From an uncultured Victivallales bacterium (GTDB lineage: Bacteria; Verrucomicrobiota; Kiritimatiellia; UBA8416): 64,000 bases of DNA. The stretch's first letter is position 1, and each line of letters starts with the position of its first letter. The stretch covers positions 35,139 through 99,138 of the forward strand of contig CAZCDU010000005.1 of assembly GCA_964497125.1 (NCBI GenBank), in the 5' to 3' direction. The position numbers and the translations under genes were made by a program. Shown here piece after piece: positions 36,532-48,836 of this stretch. Below the pieces are notes generated by a model, which was not told the DNA's origin, did not search any database, and worked only from the letters and a program-made list of their open reading frames with translations.

Positions 36532-37886
36532 TCTGTAATAGTCTCCTTCGCGGCTTCCGGCTCCGCGGTGGTTTCGGTTGCTGTGCTTGTCACGGCTTCT
36601 GTTTCCCCGGTGTCGGGTGTTGCCGGTGTCTCTTCCTCTGTTTCTTCTTGAGGCGCTGTTTCGATATGACTCTCCGCAGCGGGGGAGGACGCTGATTCCG
36701 CTGCCTCCGCCTCAGCGTCTGGTTCAGAGGAGCCAGTTGTTTCGGGCGAAGCTACTTCTGCCTCCGGTTCCTCTTCTTGCTCCTCTTCCGGTTCCTTCAG
36801 CAGCTCTGAGCGGGGTTTGTAGAATGCCCCAGCCTTGTAGCCTTGAATACGGAAGGTCCATTTGCCGAGGCGGCTGTTTAGTTTGGCCACTTCCGTTTTG
36901 GTCTGTTCGGCTTTGCCTGCATCCGGCGTGTCTTCTTCTGTTGACTCATCGCCTTCCTCTTCTTCATCGGCCACTTCCGGTTCAACGTATTGAACGGAGA
37001 TCCTCGCGTAGCGGTCATCTGTATCGCCGATGGGGTCACTCACGGTGACATCGAACTGTTTGCCGTCCTTGGTCCACGCGTGGAAGGCGGTTGGCTTCTC
37101 AAAGCCAAGGTCGGCATCGCTCTGCTCGGGATCCGCAATATCCTTGAGATTGAGATAGCTCAGCGCGTTCTCGATCGTGTAGGACTTGCTGGAATCGTAC
37201 TCTTCTCCGTCGGCCAGGTTGCTCATGACAAGCTTGTCATCATCATCGCGCGCCACCTCGTAAGCATCGCCGTCGCCTTGCTCAACGCGAACGCGGGCAA
37301 TCTCGGAGCCGGGGATGTTGAGAATCTCGGTGTTTAGCCAGCTCTCGATTTCTGTGGTTGCCTCACGGATGGGATCTGCGACGAGGTACACGGTGGCACC
37401 GTTGTCGACGGAGACATAGCGCCCATCCGGAAAGCCGCCGTAGCCCATCGGTCCGGGTGTGGTGCTTTGGCGTTCGCGCTGCTCGCCGAGCATGATGGCC
37501 GATATCTCATTGCCACCGGCGTTGAGTTTGATCGTCGTTGCCGCATTGGCATCAATGCCCAGTTCGCGCTTCTGATCCTCGTTGAGGTCAGTAACCTGGC
37601 CAATCTCCAGGCCCTCAAGCTTGAGGAGCAGATCCCGTATCTTCGCGAAGTCCGCTGCATAGCCGAAACGGGATGGCATTACCCATCCGGATTCTCCCCG
37701 GGTTACGCGGCAGGTTTCTTCTCCGGTCGCAATGATGATCTCATCAATGGCATTGAGGTCGATGCTCTCGAGCACGCTGGTGCCGATAATCGAAGGCTCC
37801 GCTGTGTCATCGCGTGACGTCAGCCAGGCGACGCCGCCAAGAATTGCACAGGCAGTCAGCAGAAGTATCAGTTGTTTTGCTTTCAT
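36528..37886 (-). CDS. DUF4340-like periplasmic protein with acidic E-rich C-terminal tail
   Basis: Signal peptide; typical position downstream of GldG-like gene; 4-bp overlap with moxR. Confidence 0.5.
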   Translation of the reverse strand: MKAKQLILLLTACAILGGVAWLTSRDDTAEPSIIGTSVLESIDLNAIDEIIIATGEETCRVTRGESGWVMPSRFGYAADFAKIRDLLLKLEGLEIGQVTDLNEDQKRELGIDANAATTIKLNAGGNEISAIMLGEQRERQSTTPGPMGYGGFPDGRYVSVDNGATVYLVADPIREATTEIESWLNTEILNIPGSEIARVRVEQGDGDAYEVARDDDDKLVMSNLADGEEYDSSKSYTIENALSYLNLKDIADPEQSDADLGFEKPTAFHAWTKDGKQFDVTVSDPIGDTDDRYARISVQYVEPEVADEEEEGDESTEEDTPDAGKAEQTKTEVAKLNSRLGKWTFRIQGYKAGAFYKPRSELLKEPEEEQEEEPEAEVASPETTGSSEPDAEAEAAESASSPAAESHIETAPQEETEEETPATPDTGETEAVTSTATETTAEPEAAKETITE

Positions 37887-37921
37887 AGGTACATTCTCTC
37901 CACGTGTAATGCGTTAGTTGT

Positions 37922-39814
37922 TCAGCCGTTTCTCTTGCGGCGAACGCCGTAAACAATTCCTGCAAGGGCAACCAGAAGTGGCATCAGGGCAATGTTGATG
38001 ACTTTGACCTGGATGCCCAATCTCTCGATATCCCGGCGTAAGCTCTTGCGGACCTCCTTGAGCTCCTGCTTGATCTCGAATTCCCGCTTGCGGAAGCCCT
38101 CGATAGCTTTGCGCTGTTGATCGCTCAGGATGAACTGCTGTCTGTCATCCTTCTGCGCCTGGAGTTCGTTGAGTTGGCGCTGGGCCTCCTGGAGACTCTT
38201 CTCCAGTGACGTTTCACGTTCCCGCCACTGTGCCACGGCATCGGCTTCGAGCTTGTCTACCTTCGTGAAGGGGCGGTGGAAGGTGCCCCTTGATCGGATG
38301 CTGATCAGATCGCTGCTACCCGCCATGGTTTCGACCATGTTGGCGAAGAACGTCAGGTTGTCGTTGAGGGGGCGATGGGCGGTCTGGCCGAAGAAGGAGA
38401 TCTCTTCAACACAAAGCGGATCGAAGAGCATGTCAACGTCCGCCACGACAATGACAACGCTCTTGCCTTCCGTGAGTGCCTCAGGCTCAGCGATGTTCTC
38501 TTCCGTGCCCTCTTCATCCGACGCGGCCGGCTTGCCGCCGGGAAACGCGGTCTTGAAGGTGCCGGCGAGCTTCAATGCGACGTGCTGCCGGGTGGGGGAC
38601 GCCGTGAACTGGTTGCGAATGGCATCGCTGCCGTACCGGGCGCTCATGGCATTCACGAAGCCGCACCGTTCAGAGGCTGTCAACAGGGGGGTTACCTCAA
38701 TATCGTCAGAGGTGTTGTCCGTCAGGGCGCCGCCAAAGGCAGCACGCAGAACATTGAGCTTGGTTGTAATGATGTCGTCGCCGTCAATGTTCGACTTGTT
38801 GAATGAGATGACGGTTGGATTGCGGTCGACGCCGCCCTGGGGCGAGCGCATGGGAGTGGCGCCATCGTAGTCGGCGAGGACCTTCGATGCGTCGTAGCCA
38901 ACGCCCCACGCCGAAAGCAGCCTGGGTGCGTCGGAGGCCGTCTGTGGCATGCCATAGGGGGAGGGCGCCGCACTCTGATCTGCGAAACTCATGGGGTCGA
39001 CAAACATGACCACGTGCCCACCGCCCAGCACGAACTGGTCGATGGCGAACTGAGCGTCATCGGAAAGCTCCTTGGGATGTACAACCAGCAGGGCCTGTAT
39101 GTTGGATGGAATGCCATCTTCGGCGGACTTGATTTCCTGCAGATCGTAATCGCCACGCAGCTCCTGTACCGCGATCCAGGCCGGCTGCGGTGGTGGCTGT
39201 GGCTGTCCGGGCATCGCAAACTGCTGCCCTGGCGTTCCCATGATGGGGAGACTGCTGAGTACACCAACAGCCGGTTTCTGCGGGTGCGTGACGCGATGGA
39301 TCATGCGCGTGACATGGAACTCAAGCAGTTGCTGCATACGCGGGTCGAGCGTGGGCAGAACAGCCTCGGTCTTCCCGGCTGTAGCCACAAGACCGAAGTA
39401 GATTGGCGGGCCAAACATATCCAGCGATTGGCCCGCGATGCCGTATTTCTGGGCCCACTCCTCGGCGTCTGAGTCCGGCTTGGGGTCCAGTTTCTGGATC
39501 TTGACCTTGCCCTTGGATGCCAACCGGTATTCCTCGAGGAGATCCTCGACCTGGCTAGCGTAGTTCTTGAGGCCGGCCGGAATCTTCGGATTGCTGCTGT
39601 TAAAGAACAGTTTCAGCGTTACCGGTTGCTCAAGCGTCTTGAGCGCGTTGGCCGTACCTTCTGATAGTGAGTAGAGCTTCTCGTCGGTGAGATCCACCCG
39701 CAGGCGCATGTTTCCAACGATGATATTGACTGCGATCAGAATGCCGAGCAAGGCCACCAGGCCAAGCAGGCTGCTTCCGATCTTCCACACGGGGAGTGAT
39801 TTGGTTGCTTTCAT
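37922..39814 (-). CDS. GldG-like auxiliary component of ABC-type transport system
   Basis: N- and C-terminal TM anchors with large periplasmic domain; adjacent ABC-2 permease and ATPase. Confidence 0.65.
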   Translation of the reverse strand: MKATKSLPVWKIGSSLLGLVALLGILIAVNIIVGNMRLRVDLTDEKLYSLSEGTANALKTLEQPVTLKLFFNSSNPKIPAGLKNYASQVEDLLEEYRLASKGKVKIQKLDPKPDSDAEEWAQKYGIAGQSLDMFGPPIYFGLVATAGKTEAVLPTLDPRMQQLLEFHVTRMIHRVTHPQKPAVGVLSSLPIMGTPGQQFAMPGQPQPPPQPAWIAVQELRGDYDLQEIKSAEDGIPSNIQALLVVHPKELSDDAQFAIDQFVLGGGHVVMFVDPMSFADQSAAPSPYGMPQTASDAPRLLSAWGVGYDASKVLADYDGATPMRSPQGGVDRNPTVISFNKSNIDGDDIITTKLNVLRAAFGGALTDNTSDDIEVTPLLTASERCGFVNAMSARYGSDAIRNQFTASPTRQHVALKLAGTFKTAFPGGKPAASDEEGTEENIAEPEALTEGKSVVIVVADVDMLFDPLCVEEISFFGQTAHRPLNDNLTFFANMVETMAGSSDLISIRSRGTFHRPFTKVDKLEADAVAQWRERETSLEKSLQEAQRQLNELQAQKDDRQQFILSDQQRKAIEGFRKREFEIKQELKEVRKSLRRDIERLGIQVKVINIALMPLLVALAGIVYGVRRKRNG

Positions 39815-39865
39815 GGTTGCTTATCCAATCTCCTGTCTATTCGAGTCGTTAGGCAATGTTGAGCG

Positions 39866-40615
39866 TTATGCTGATTTGCGGTTGTCGAGTACCAGGTGCG
39901 TGCCGACGATCATGAAGACCATGACACTCAGGTAGTAGACAACATCCTTCAGATCCACGACGCCACGCTTGATGGCTTCGTAGTGAGGCGTGAAGCTGAG
40001 CGAAGCGATCGTGTTGACGAGCCAGCTGGGTGCCCAGCGGGAGAAGAATCCCGTAATCGGCTCCCATCCTGCAAGGAGCAGGACGAAACAGAAGGTCAGG
40101 GCGAGTACGAAACTGATGACCTGGTTGCGTGTCATCGATGACGTCAGCATGCCAACGGAAACGTACGCACCGGCCAGCAGTATCGATCCGACGTAGCCAC
40201 AGAACACCACGCCCAGATCGGGGTCACCCAGGTGGCAGGTTGTAACCACCATTGTTGGAATCGTGAGTGCAATGGCCATGGCGATGAATAGCCAGGCGGC
40301 GAGGAACTTGCCAACGATGGCCTGTGTCATGGTGACAGGCATGGTCAGCAGGAGTTCAATCGTGCCGCCGCGACGTTCTTCGGCCCAGAGTCCCATGGTG
40401 GCCGCGGGGACCAGCAGGAGGTAGACCCAGGGATGCCAGAAGAAGAACGGCTCCAGGTCTGCCACGCGACGTTCGTAGAAATGATGTACCGAGAAGGTCA
40501 GGAATCCGGTGAGAACCAGAAACACGACCATGAATACGTACGCGACGGGGGATTCGAAGTAGGACTTCAGTTCCCTGCGGAAGATGGTGGAAATATTACG
40601 TGCGTTCGATGACAT
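39866..40615 (-). CDS. ABC-2 type transporter permease (GldF-like)
   Basis: Six TM helices, ABC2_membrane pattern. Confidence 0.75.
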   Translation of the reverse strand: MSSNARNISTIFRRELKSYFESPVAYVFMVVFLVLTGFLTFSVHHFYERRVADLEPFFFWHPWVYLLLVPAATMGLWAEERRGGTIELLLTMPVTMTQAIVGKFLAAWLFIAMAIALTIPTMVVTTCHLGDPDLGVVFCGYVGSILLAGAYVSVGMLTSSMTRNQVISFVLALTFCFVLLLAGWEPITGFFSRWAPSWLVNTIASLSFTPHYEAIKRGVVDLKDVVYYLSVMVFMIVGTHLVLDNRKSA

Positions 40616-41359
40616 TTATGCATCCTCCTCAAGTGTGAGTTTGCGGAATACATCATCCAGGCGCCCTGTGCTGCTCATGGCTTTGAGCTCGTCGGGGGTA
40701 CCGTTGGCCGCGACTTGGCCGTTGGCGATGATGATGGCCCGGTTGCAGACTGCATCCACCTCTTCGAGGATGTGGGTGGAGACAATGATGACCTTTTCGG
40801 AGGCCATTTCTTTGATCATTTCACGGACAACGAACTTCTGGTTGGGGTCGAGCCCGTCCGTCGGTTCGTCCATGATCAGGACCCGGGGATCATGAAGAAT
40901 GGCCTGGGCAAAGCAGGTTCGCTGTCGGTAGCCCTTGGAAAGGGTATGGACCGTCTGGTCGCGCACCTTGGTCAGATGACACTTGGTGATGGTTTGATCG
41001 ACACGATCGACAAGTTCGGAGCCTGAGAAGCCACGAATCGATCCCGTGAACTTCAAGAAATTGGCTACGGTCATGGAGCCGTAGGCGGGCGCGTTCTCTG
41101 GAAGATAGCCGATCTGTTCCTTAACGCCAATCGGGTCCGTCGCCACATCGCAACCACCGACGAGCGCCGTTCCCGATGTGGGAGGCAGAAAGCCCGTGAT
41201 CATCCGCATGGTTGTCGTTTTTCCCGCGCCGTTCGGACCGAGGAATCCCAGGACTTCACCTTTGGATACTTCAAATGTCACGCCTCGCACGGCTTCAATG
41301 TGTCCGAAGTTCTTCTTCAGGTCCCGGACCTCAACCTTGCTGTTGCCGCCTTCAGTCAT
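40616..41359 (-). CDS. ABC transporter ATP-binding protein (GldA-like)
   Basis: Walker A GPNGAGKTT, signature LSKGYRQR, Walker B LIMDEP; start MTEGG with GGAGGTG RBS. Confidence 0.85.
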   Translation of the reverse strand: MTEGGNSKVEVRDLKKNFGHIEAVRGVTFEVSKGEVLGFLGPNGAGKTTTMRMITGFLPPTSGTALVGGCDVATDPIGVKEQIGYLPENAPAYGSMTVANFLKFTGSIRGFSGSELVDRVDQTITKCHLTKVRDQTVHTLSKGYRQRTCFAQAILHDPRVLIMDEPTDGLDPNQKFVVREMIKEMASEKVIIVSTHILEEVDAVCNRAIIIANGQVAANGTPDELKAMSSTGRLDDVFRKLTLEEDA

Positions 41360-41420
41360 TGGCGCCACCTCCGAGTTGCTATGTTAGTGTGCATAGTCAT
41401 ACGTCTCCTCTTTTCATCTG

Positions 41421-42773
41421 CTACAAGGGCAGATCGTGTTCCTTGATTTTGCGTTGGATGGTTCTGCGTGAAAGGCCGAGTTCGTCAGCTGTAAGCGTTC
41501 GGTTACCCGCATGGCGTGCCAGTGTCTGGCGCAGGATCTCCTTCTCGATGTCCTGCAGCGTCATGCCGCTGGGGGCCGTGAAGGGGACATCCGGGGCCGG
41601 GGCATCCCGGGTGAGTGTAAGGTCGCGAGCCGATAGTGTGGGAGATGTCGACATCACGACGGCGGATTCAATGACATTGCGAAGTTGGCGGATATTTCCA
41701 GGCCAGCTTTGGGAGACGAGGGCACCGTAGAAGTCTGGCGCTACTTCGCGAATCGCACGGTCATGTTCGGCGCAGGCAGCTGCGATAAAGCGGTCTGCAA
41801 GTGGACGTATATCACCACGTCGTTCGCGAAGAGGGGGCACGGCAATGTCGACTACTTTGAGGCGATAGAGCAGGTCTTCACGGAAATCACCATTGGCCAC
41901 CAGTTCTTCCAGGCTGCGGTTGGATGCGGAAACGACGCGAACATCGACACTGAATGAGCCCTGTCCTCCGATGCGCGTTACCTTGCGTTCTTCCAATACA
42001 CGCAGGAGCTTAATCTGTACGTCTGCGGGCGCGTCGCCGACTTCGTCGAGAAAGAGCGTCCCTCCATTGGCGCGCTCGAATGCGCCCTGGTGCTGTCGGA
42101 TCGCCCCTGTGAAGGAGCCTTTCTCGTGGCCAAAGAGTTCGGACGCCAGCAGTGATTCGATGAAGGCTCCACAGTTGACGGCGACAAAGGGGCCATTGGC
42201 GCGTGGCCCGTCATAGTGGAGGGCCCGCGCCACCAGCTCCTTGCCGGTTCCGCTCTCGCCCTGGATGAGTACGGTTGCCGACGTGGCTGCCAAGGTGCGA
42301 ACCTGTTCGAGTAGGGCGACACTGACGGGGTCCTCGGCGGTCATGGCGCCGGAGCCGAACTGGCTGCGTGCGTTGGTGCGGAAACGATCCACCTGGCAAC
42401 GGAGGCGTGATGCCTCAACGGCTCGTCCGAGTTTGGTCTGGAGGTCGTCGAGGTCCAGCGGTTTCGTGATGTAGTCATAAGCTCCGGACTTCAATGCCTT
42501 CACGCTAGAATCAACGGAACCGTAGGCCGTCATGATCATGACGGGGACTTCGGGGTTCAGCTTCAGAATTGTCGTCAGCACCTCGATACCATCGATATCC
42601 GGCAGAACGAGATCAGAGAGCACAACGTCAAACGAGCCGCTCTTGAATGCTGCGATACCTTCCTCACCGGTCGCGGCCGCAACGGCGAGCATATCTCCAT
42701 CCTCGACGGCCTCGACCACGGACGCGCGTCCGTCGGGGTCATCTTCGATTATCAGTATGCGCGGTTCTTCCAT
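41421..42773 (-). CDS. Sigma-54-dependent response regulator (NtrC family: REC + AAA+ + HTH)
   Basis: REC DxxxD..K; Walker A GESGTGKE; sigma-54 contact motif GSFTGA; C-terminal Fis-type HTH. Confidence 0.85.
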   Translation of the reverse strand: MEEPRILIIEDDPDGRASVVEAVEDGDMLAVAAATGEEGIAAFKSGSFDVVLSDLVLPDIDGIEVLTTILKLNPEVPVMIMTAYGSVDSSVKALKSGAYDYITKPLDLDDLQTKLGRAVEASRLRCQVDRFRTNARSQFGSGAMTAEDPVSVALLEQVRTLAATSATVLIQGESGTGKELVARALHYDGPRANGPFVAVNCGAFIESLLASELFGHEKGSFTGAIRQHQGAFERANGGTLFLDEVGDAPADVQIKLLRVLEERKVTRIGGQGSFSVDVRVVSASNRSLEELVANGDFREDLLYRLKVVDIAVPPLRERRGDIRPLADRFIAAACAEHDRAIREVAPDFYGALVSQSWPGNIRQLRNVIESAVVMSTSPTLSARDLTLTRDAPAPDVPFTAPSGMTLQDIEKEILRQTLARHAGNRTLTADELGLSRRTIQRKIKEHDLPL

Positions 42774-42786
42774 ATTGGGGTAATCT

Positions 42787-44139
42787 CTATGCAGTTTCCG
42801 TGCCAGCTGAAAGAGGGAGCGTGATTCGAATGCAGGTGCCTTGTCCGCTCGGAGGACTGGCAACTTCGATGGTTCCGCCTGACCTCTCAATGGCGGCCTT
42901 GGCCAGGAAAAGCCCAAGGCCCGTACCTTCCGGCCGCTCCGTAATGAACATATCGAAGATCTGTTTGCGTTTGTGTTCCGGAACGCCGGGGCCACAGTCT
43001 ATGATATCAACGATCGCTGTTTCCCCGCTTTTCCGGATGTTAACGGTGACCGTCTTCCCCGCCGGCGAGAACTCCTCGGCATTCGTCAGGACGTTGACCA
43101 GCGCACGGCGCAGTGAGCCCTCGTAGGCTGAGACGGCAACGCCTTCGGGAGGGGCATTCACCTCGCTGGAGACCTCTGCCTTCTCGAATCGGGGCAGCAG
43201 CATCTCGAGAGAGTCACGGATGCAGGCGACCAGGTCGACGCGGGTGCGGTCATCGCGATCCGGACGGGATACATAGAGGAATTCCTGGAACACCTTGTCC
43301 ATGCGGTCCAGTGTGCTGCGCACGCGCGTGGCCAGCTTGCCCATGCGTTCCGGGCGTGCCCCGTCGCTACGCTCGGTTTCGCGATGCAGCATCTGAACGT
43401 CGAGTCGCATTGACGACATCGGATTGCGGAAGTCGTGCACGATTCCATTGGCCAGCATTCCGGAGAAGGCGAGATGCTCTTCATCGCGCCGCAGTGCCTC
43501 CCGTTTGGCTTCGCGTCGCATCATCCAGACGACGACAAGGGCGCATATGGCGAACGAGATGAGCACCGTGATGAGGGTCAGTCTGAACATAGACGCAATG
43601 GCCGCTTCACTGGCTTCTTCTTCGCGGTTAACGGTATCCTTGCGTAGCGCTACGTGGACTCGGGTATCGACGCCATCGGGGCTGTCCACGGTTGTTCCAA
43701 AGACCACAACAGGTATGGACTCTCTGCCAACTTCAAGCAGCTCACGGCGCATTTCCACCGGCGCGGATGCCGGGGGGACCGGAGTGGGGGGCTCAGAGCC
43801 ATCCAGAAGGCGGGTCTGCTCATGAAATACAACGACCCCGTCGCGCACGACAGAAACATACTGTAGGCCATCCTCGAGTGTATAGAGGTTGCGGACAAGG
43901 CGGGAAAACTCGCTCCAATCACTGGCGTTCGCATTGGTTGATGTCACCGATGGCTGTGACGAGAGGCGGGCTACCATCGCCTGGCCCTGGCTGATGACCG
44001 TTTCGGCGGCAGCGGTATGTGCGGAGCGTCTGTGCATACGGCGGAGCACAACGAGCGTACTCCCAGCGAGGCCCGCGATTAAGAGCACGAGCAACGCCGT
44101 GATGAGCGTCAGAGGCAAGTTGGTTCGCTTATGCCGCAT
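42787..44139 (-). CDS. Sensor histidine kinase (HisKA + HATPase_c) with N-terminal periplasmic/TM region
   Basis: H-box HDFRNPMSSM, N/G boxes (NVLTNAEEFS, DCGPGVP, GTGLGL). Confidence 0.8.
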   Translation of the reverse strand: MRHKRTNLPLTLITALLVLLIAGLAGSTLVVLRRMHRRSAHTAAAETVISQGQAMVARLSSQPSVTSTNANASDWSEFSRLVRNLYTLEDGLQYVSVVRDGVVVFHEQTRLLDGSEPPTPVPPASAPVEMRRELLEVGRESIPVVVFGTTVDSPDGVDTRVHVALRKDTVNREEEASEAAIASMFRLTLITVLISFAICALVVVWMMRREAKREALRRDEEHLAFSGMLANGIVHDFRNPMSSMRLDVQMLHRETERSDGARPERMGKLATRVRSTLDRMDKVFQEFLYVSRPDRDDRTRVDLVACIRDSLEMLLPRFEKAEVSSEVNAPPEGVAVSAYEGSLRRALVNVLTNAEEFSPAGKTVTVNIRKSGETAIVDIIDCGPGVPEHKRKQIFDMFITERPEGTGLGLFLAKAAIERSGGTIEVASPPSGQGTCIRITLPLSAGTETA

Positions 44140-44230
44140 TCAGTTCCTTCTCGTTGGTCTAGGGAAAGCAGGAAAAGTACCACGATGTTGAGTCAATAAA
44201 CTAGCAATAATGGGTTGATTCATAACTTTA

Positions 44231-44247
44231 GTGCGACAGGTTGTCGC
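44231..44247. promoter_or_regulatory. Perfect palindrome TGCGACA-ggt-TGTCGCA
   Basis: In divergent HK/hsp20 intergenic region. Confidence 0.4.
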
Positions 44248-44408
44248 AGTCAAGTGCGTCGCAATGTCGCGGGGTGAGGGGTGGGTGATGGCGGGTGGGG
44301 TGGGGTGAAGCCTGGGATCTGAATTCTCACGAATCCAGCTACGGGGTGTTGAATCCAGCTGCGGGGGCTGGTCTCAGAAGGGGGTGCAGGCCGGCGAGTG
44401 GCACTCCG

Positions 44409-44424
44409 TGGCACGGATCGTGCA
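44409..44424 (+). promoter_or_regulatory. Sigma-54 (-24/-12) promoter TGGCACGgatcgTGCA upstream of hsp20
   Basis: Matches TGGCACG-N4-TTGCA with one mismatch; GG/GC spacing correct. Confidence 0.5.
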
Positions 44425-44438
44425 TCGAGGATGGTGCC

Positions 44439-45050
44439 ATGAAGACGAGACTCTCAATCGAGCGGGTTCTGCTGACCGCAATTCTGGGGATGCAGCTTGT
44501 GATTGCCTGGGGGCTGTTTCGCCCTGATCAGGAGCCTCTTGACGTGGCGGATGCCGGGGATCCCGTCGTTCCGGACGAGTTTGTCGCGTCGGAGCCCGTG
44601 CTGCCACCGCGCGTATCCCCCGTGATGATGGTCCCGAGGCGCGATCCGTTCGGCGAAATGGATGCCTTCTTTGCCGGCGCCTTCGAGAATATGGCGCGTC
44701 TACGCTCTGCTATGCACATTGACGAGGGGTGGGACGCCCTTCGGACCTCGCCAACTATGGATATGCGTGACGGAGAGTCGGATTATCTCGTCTCGTTCAG
44801 TATTCCCGGTGCCGATGCCTCTGATATCGATGTCTCGCTGGCCGGCCGCGTTCTGACGGTCCAGGCGCTGACTCCCGTTCGCGGCCCGTATTCGACGCGC
44901 TTGCAGCGTTTTGAGCGTCGCGTTCTTCTGCCGGGACCTGTTGGTGTCGCCGATGATGCGCACGCCAGCATCACTAACGGCATCCTGCGCGTTCATGTTC
45001 CCAAGGGCTCAGATGGCAGCCCGCAGCTTGGGACTTTCAGACTCTTCTGA
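44439..45050 (+). CDS. Hsp20/alpha-crystallin family small heat-shock protein with N-terminal TM/signal segment
   Basis: C-terminal ACD pattern (DMRDGESDYLVSFSIPGADASDIDVSLAGRVLTVQA...ITNGILRVHVPK). Confidence 0.65.
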   Translation: MKTRLSIERVLLTAILGMQLVIAWGLFRPDQEPLDVADAGDPVVPDEFVASEPVLPPRVSPVMMVPRRDPFGEMDAFFAGAFENMARLRSAMHIDEGWDALRTSPTMDMRDGESDYLVSFSIPGADASDIDVSLAGRVLTVQALTPVRGPYSTRLQRFERRVLLPGPVGVADDAHASITNGILRVHVPKGSDGSPQLGTFRLF

Positions 45051-45175
45051 TTGAGCCGTAATGGCGCTCCTTTCCGTCCTGTGTTCATGAATAGGGTCAT
45101 AATGACTCTGTGTGAGCTCCTTTTGTAGATGCGTAACATGCAGTGTGTAAGCATCTTACGTGTTTCTTGGTGTTC

Positions 45176-45190
45176 TGGTACGCGGAATGC
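45176..45190 (+). promoter_or_regulatory. Sigma-54-like promoter TGGTACGcggaATGC upstream of clpB
   Basis: GG-N10-GC spacing preserved; ~40 nt upstream of clpB ATG with aaaggaga RBS. Confidence 0.4.
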
Positions 45191-45230
45191 TATCTAATCC
45201 AGCGAGGACGTACATGAAAGGAGATTTCTA

Positions 45231-47796
<2,566 letters not shown>

Positions 47797-47825
<29 letters not shown>

Positions 47826-48504
47826 AACGTGGCTCGATGAAGACGGGTGGATGCATGTAGATGGGTTCCAGCGGGTCACTCGCGATTCCGGCTACCTTGC
47901 GGTGTCGTGCCAAGCGTGCGACGTCGACGGCAGCGGGGAGTTGGGGCGCCTCAATGAGTGTTACCTCTGCGGGTATGATGCCCCGGAGCTCGGCCTCGAG
48001 GCGATCCCAGTCCGGTGAAACGACGGTGTCACCTTGCCGGAGATGATTTGCGAACTCGTCGATAGGAATAAGCGAAAACGCCTCTTCGATCCGGAGGGGC
48101 GATTGAGACGTGTCGAAGCTCCCCATCCACAGGCGGTGTCTCCGTGCATCGCCGACGACAACAATGCGACCCGTTGGTGACTGTTCGTCCTGAATCCGGG
48201 CCGCGACGGCTTCTGCGCTGCTGACGCCGATCACGTCTGTCTGTGCCGGCAGCGCGAGTGCGCGCACAGCGGATAACGCAATGCGGAGTCCCGTGAAGTT
48301 TCCGGGGCCCAATCCAACGGCGTAGAGATCGACGCCTTTGAATGTGACCGCATGGGCATCCATGAGGGTTGTGATCGCGTCCAGCATGCGTTGCGTTGAT
48401 CCCCGCGCGGCATCCCAGCTCGTTTCACCGAGGCATTGGTCCCCGCAAAGCAGGGCCGCGGACGGCGTCGTGGTCGATGGCTCAATAGCTAGCGTGCAGT
48501 TCAT
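47797..48504 (-). CDS. tsaB: tRNA N6-threonylcarbamoyladenosine biosynthesis protein TsaB (YeaZ)
   Basis: YeaZ/Kae1-like fold pattern LAIEPSTTT...[14 protein letters not shown]. Confidence 0.75.
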
Positions 48505-48603
48505 GGGGACTAAGTAAAACAGAAACGCGGAAATCTGAAAGCAGAAATCGAGAAAAGAAAGAGGGGCAAGGGCGAATGGCGCCTGGACAAGCTCTCCTTT
48601 GCA

Positions 48604-48695
48604 CTAACCCACCCCTGCCCCTCCCAGGAGGGGATCTCGCGTAAAGCGCGCCGGTGCAGGAAGTTCCCCTCCTGGGAGGGGTTAGGGGTGGGTTC
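48604..48695. repeat. Complex palindromic element: ~29-bp inverted arms (ctaacccacccctgcccctcccaggagggg / cccctcctgggaggggttaggggtgggtt) separated by ~33 bp
   Basis: Each arm also contains its own palindrome cccctcc-NN-ggagggg. Confidence 0.55.
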
Positions 48696-48836
48696 TTCTT
48701 CAGCGCTTATCTATCGCCATTCGGGACAAGGGCCTGGAATTTCTGGCCATGAGGAAGGGATCGGGCTGGCGTTCTCTGGAGTGGTTCCGTATGATTCGCC
48801 ACCAGAACTGAAATGGGGCTTTGTAAGGAGGCTGAA

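Noticed and set aside
41369-41420. Sigma-54 promoter upstream of the GldA/F/G-like ABC operon
   Set aside because: Only tatgcacactaacatagca is present, which lacks the invariant GG and correct GC spacing. The ABC genes are more likely co-transcribed with the upstream regulator gene or use another promoter.
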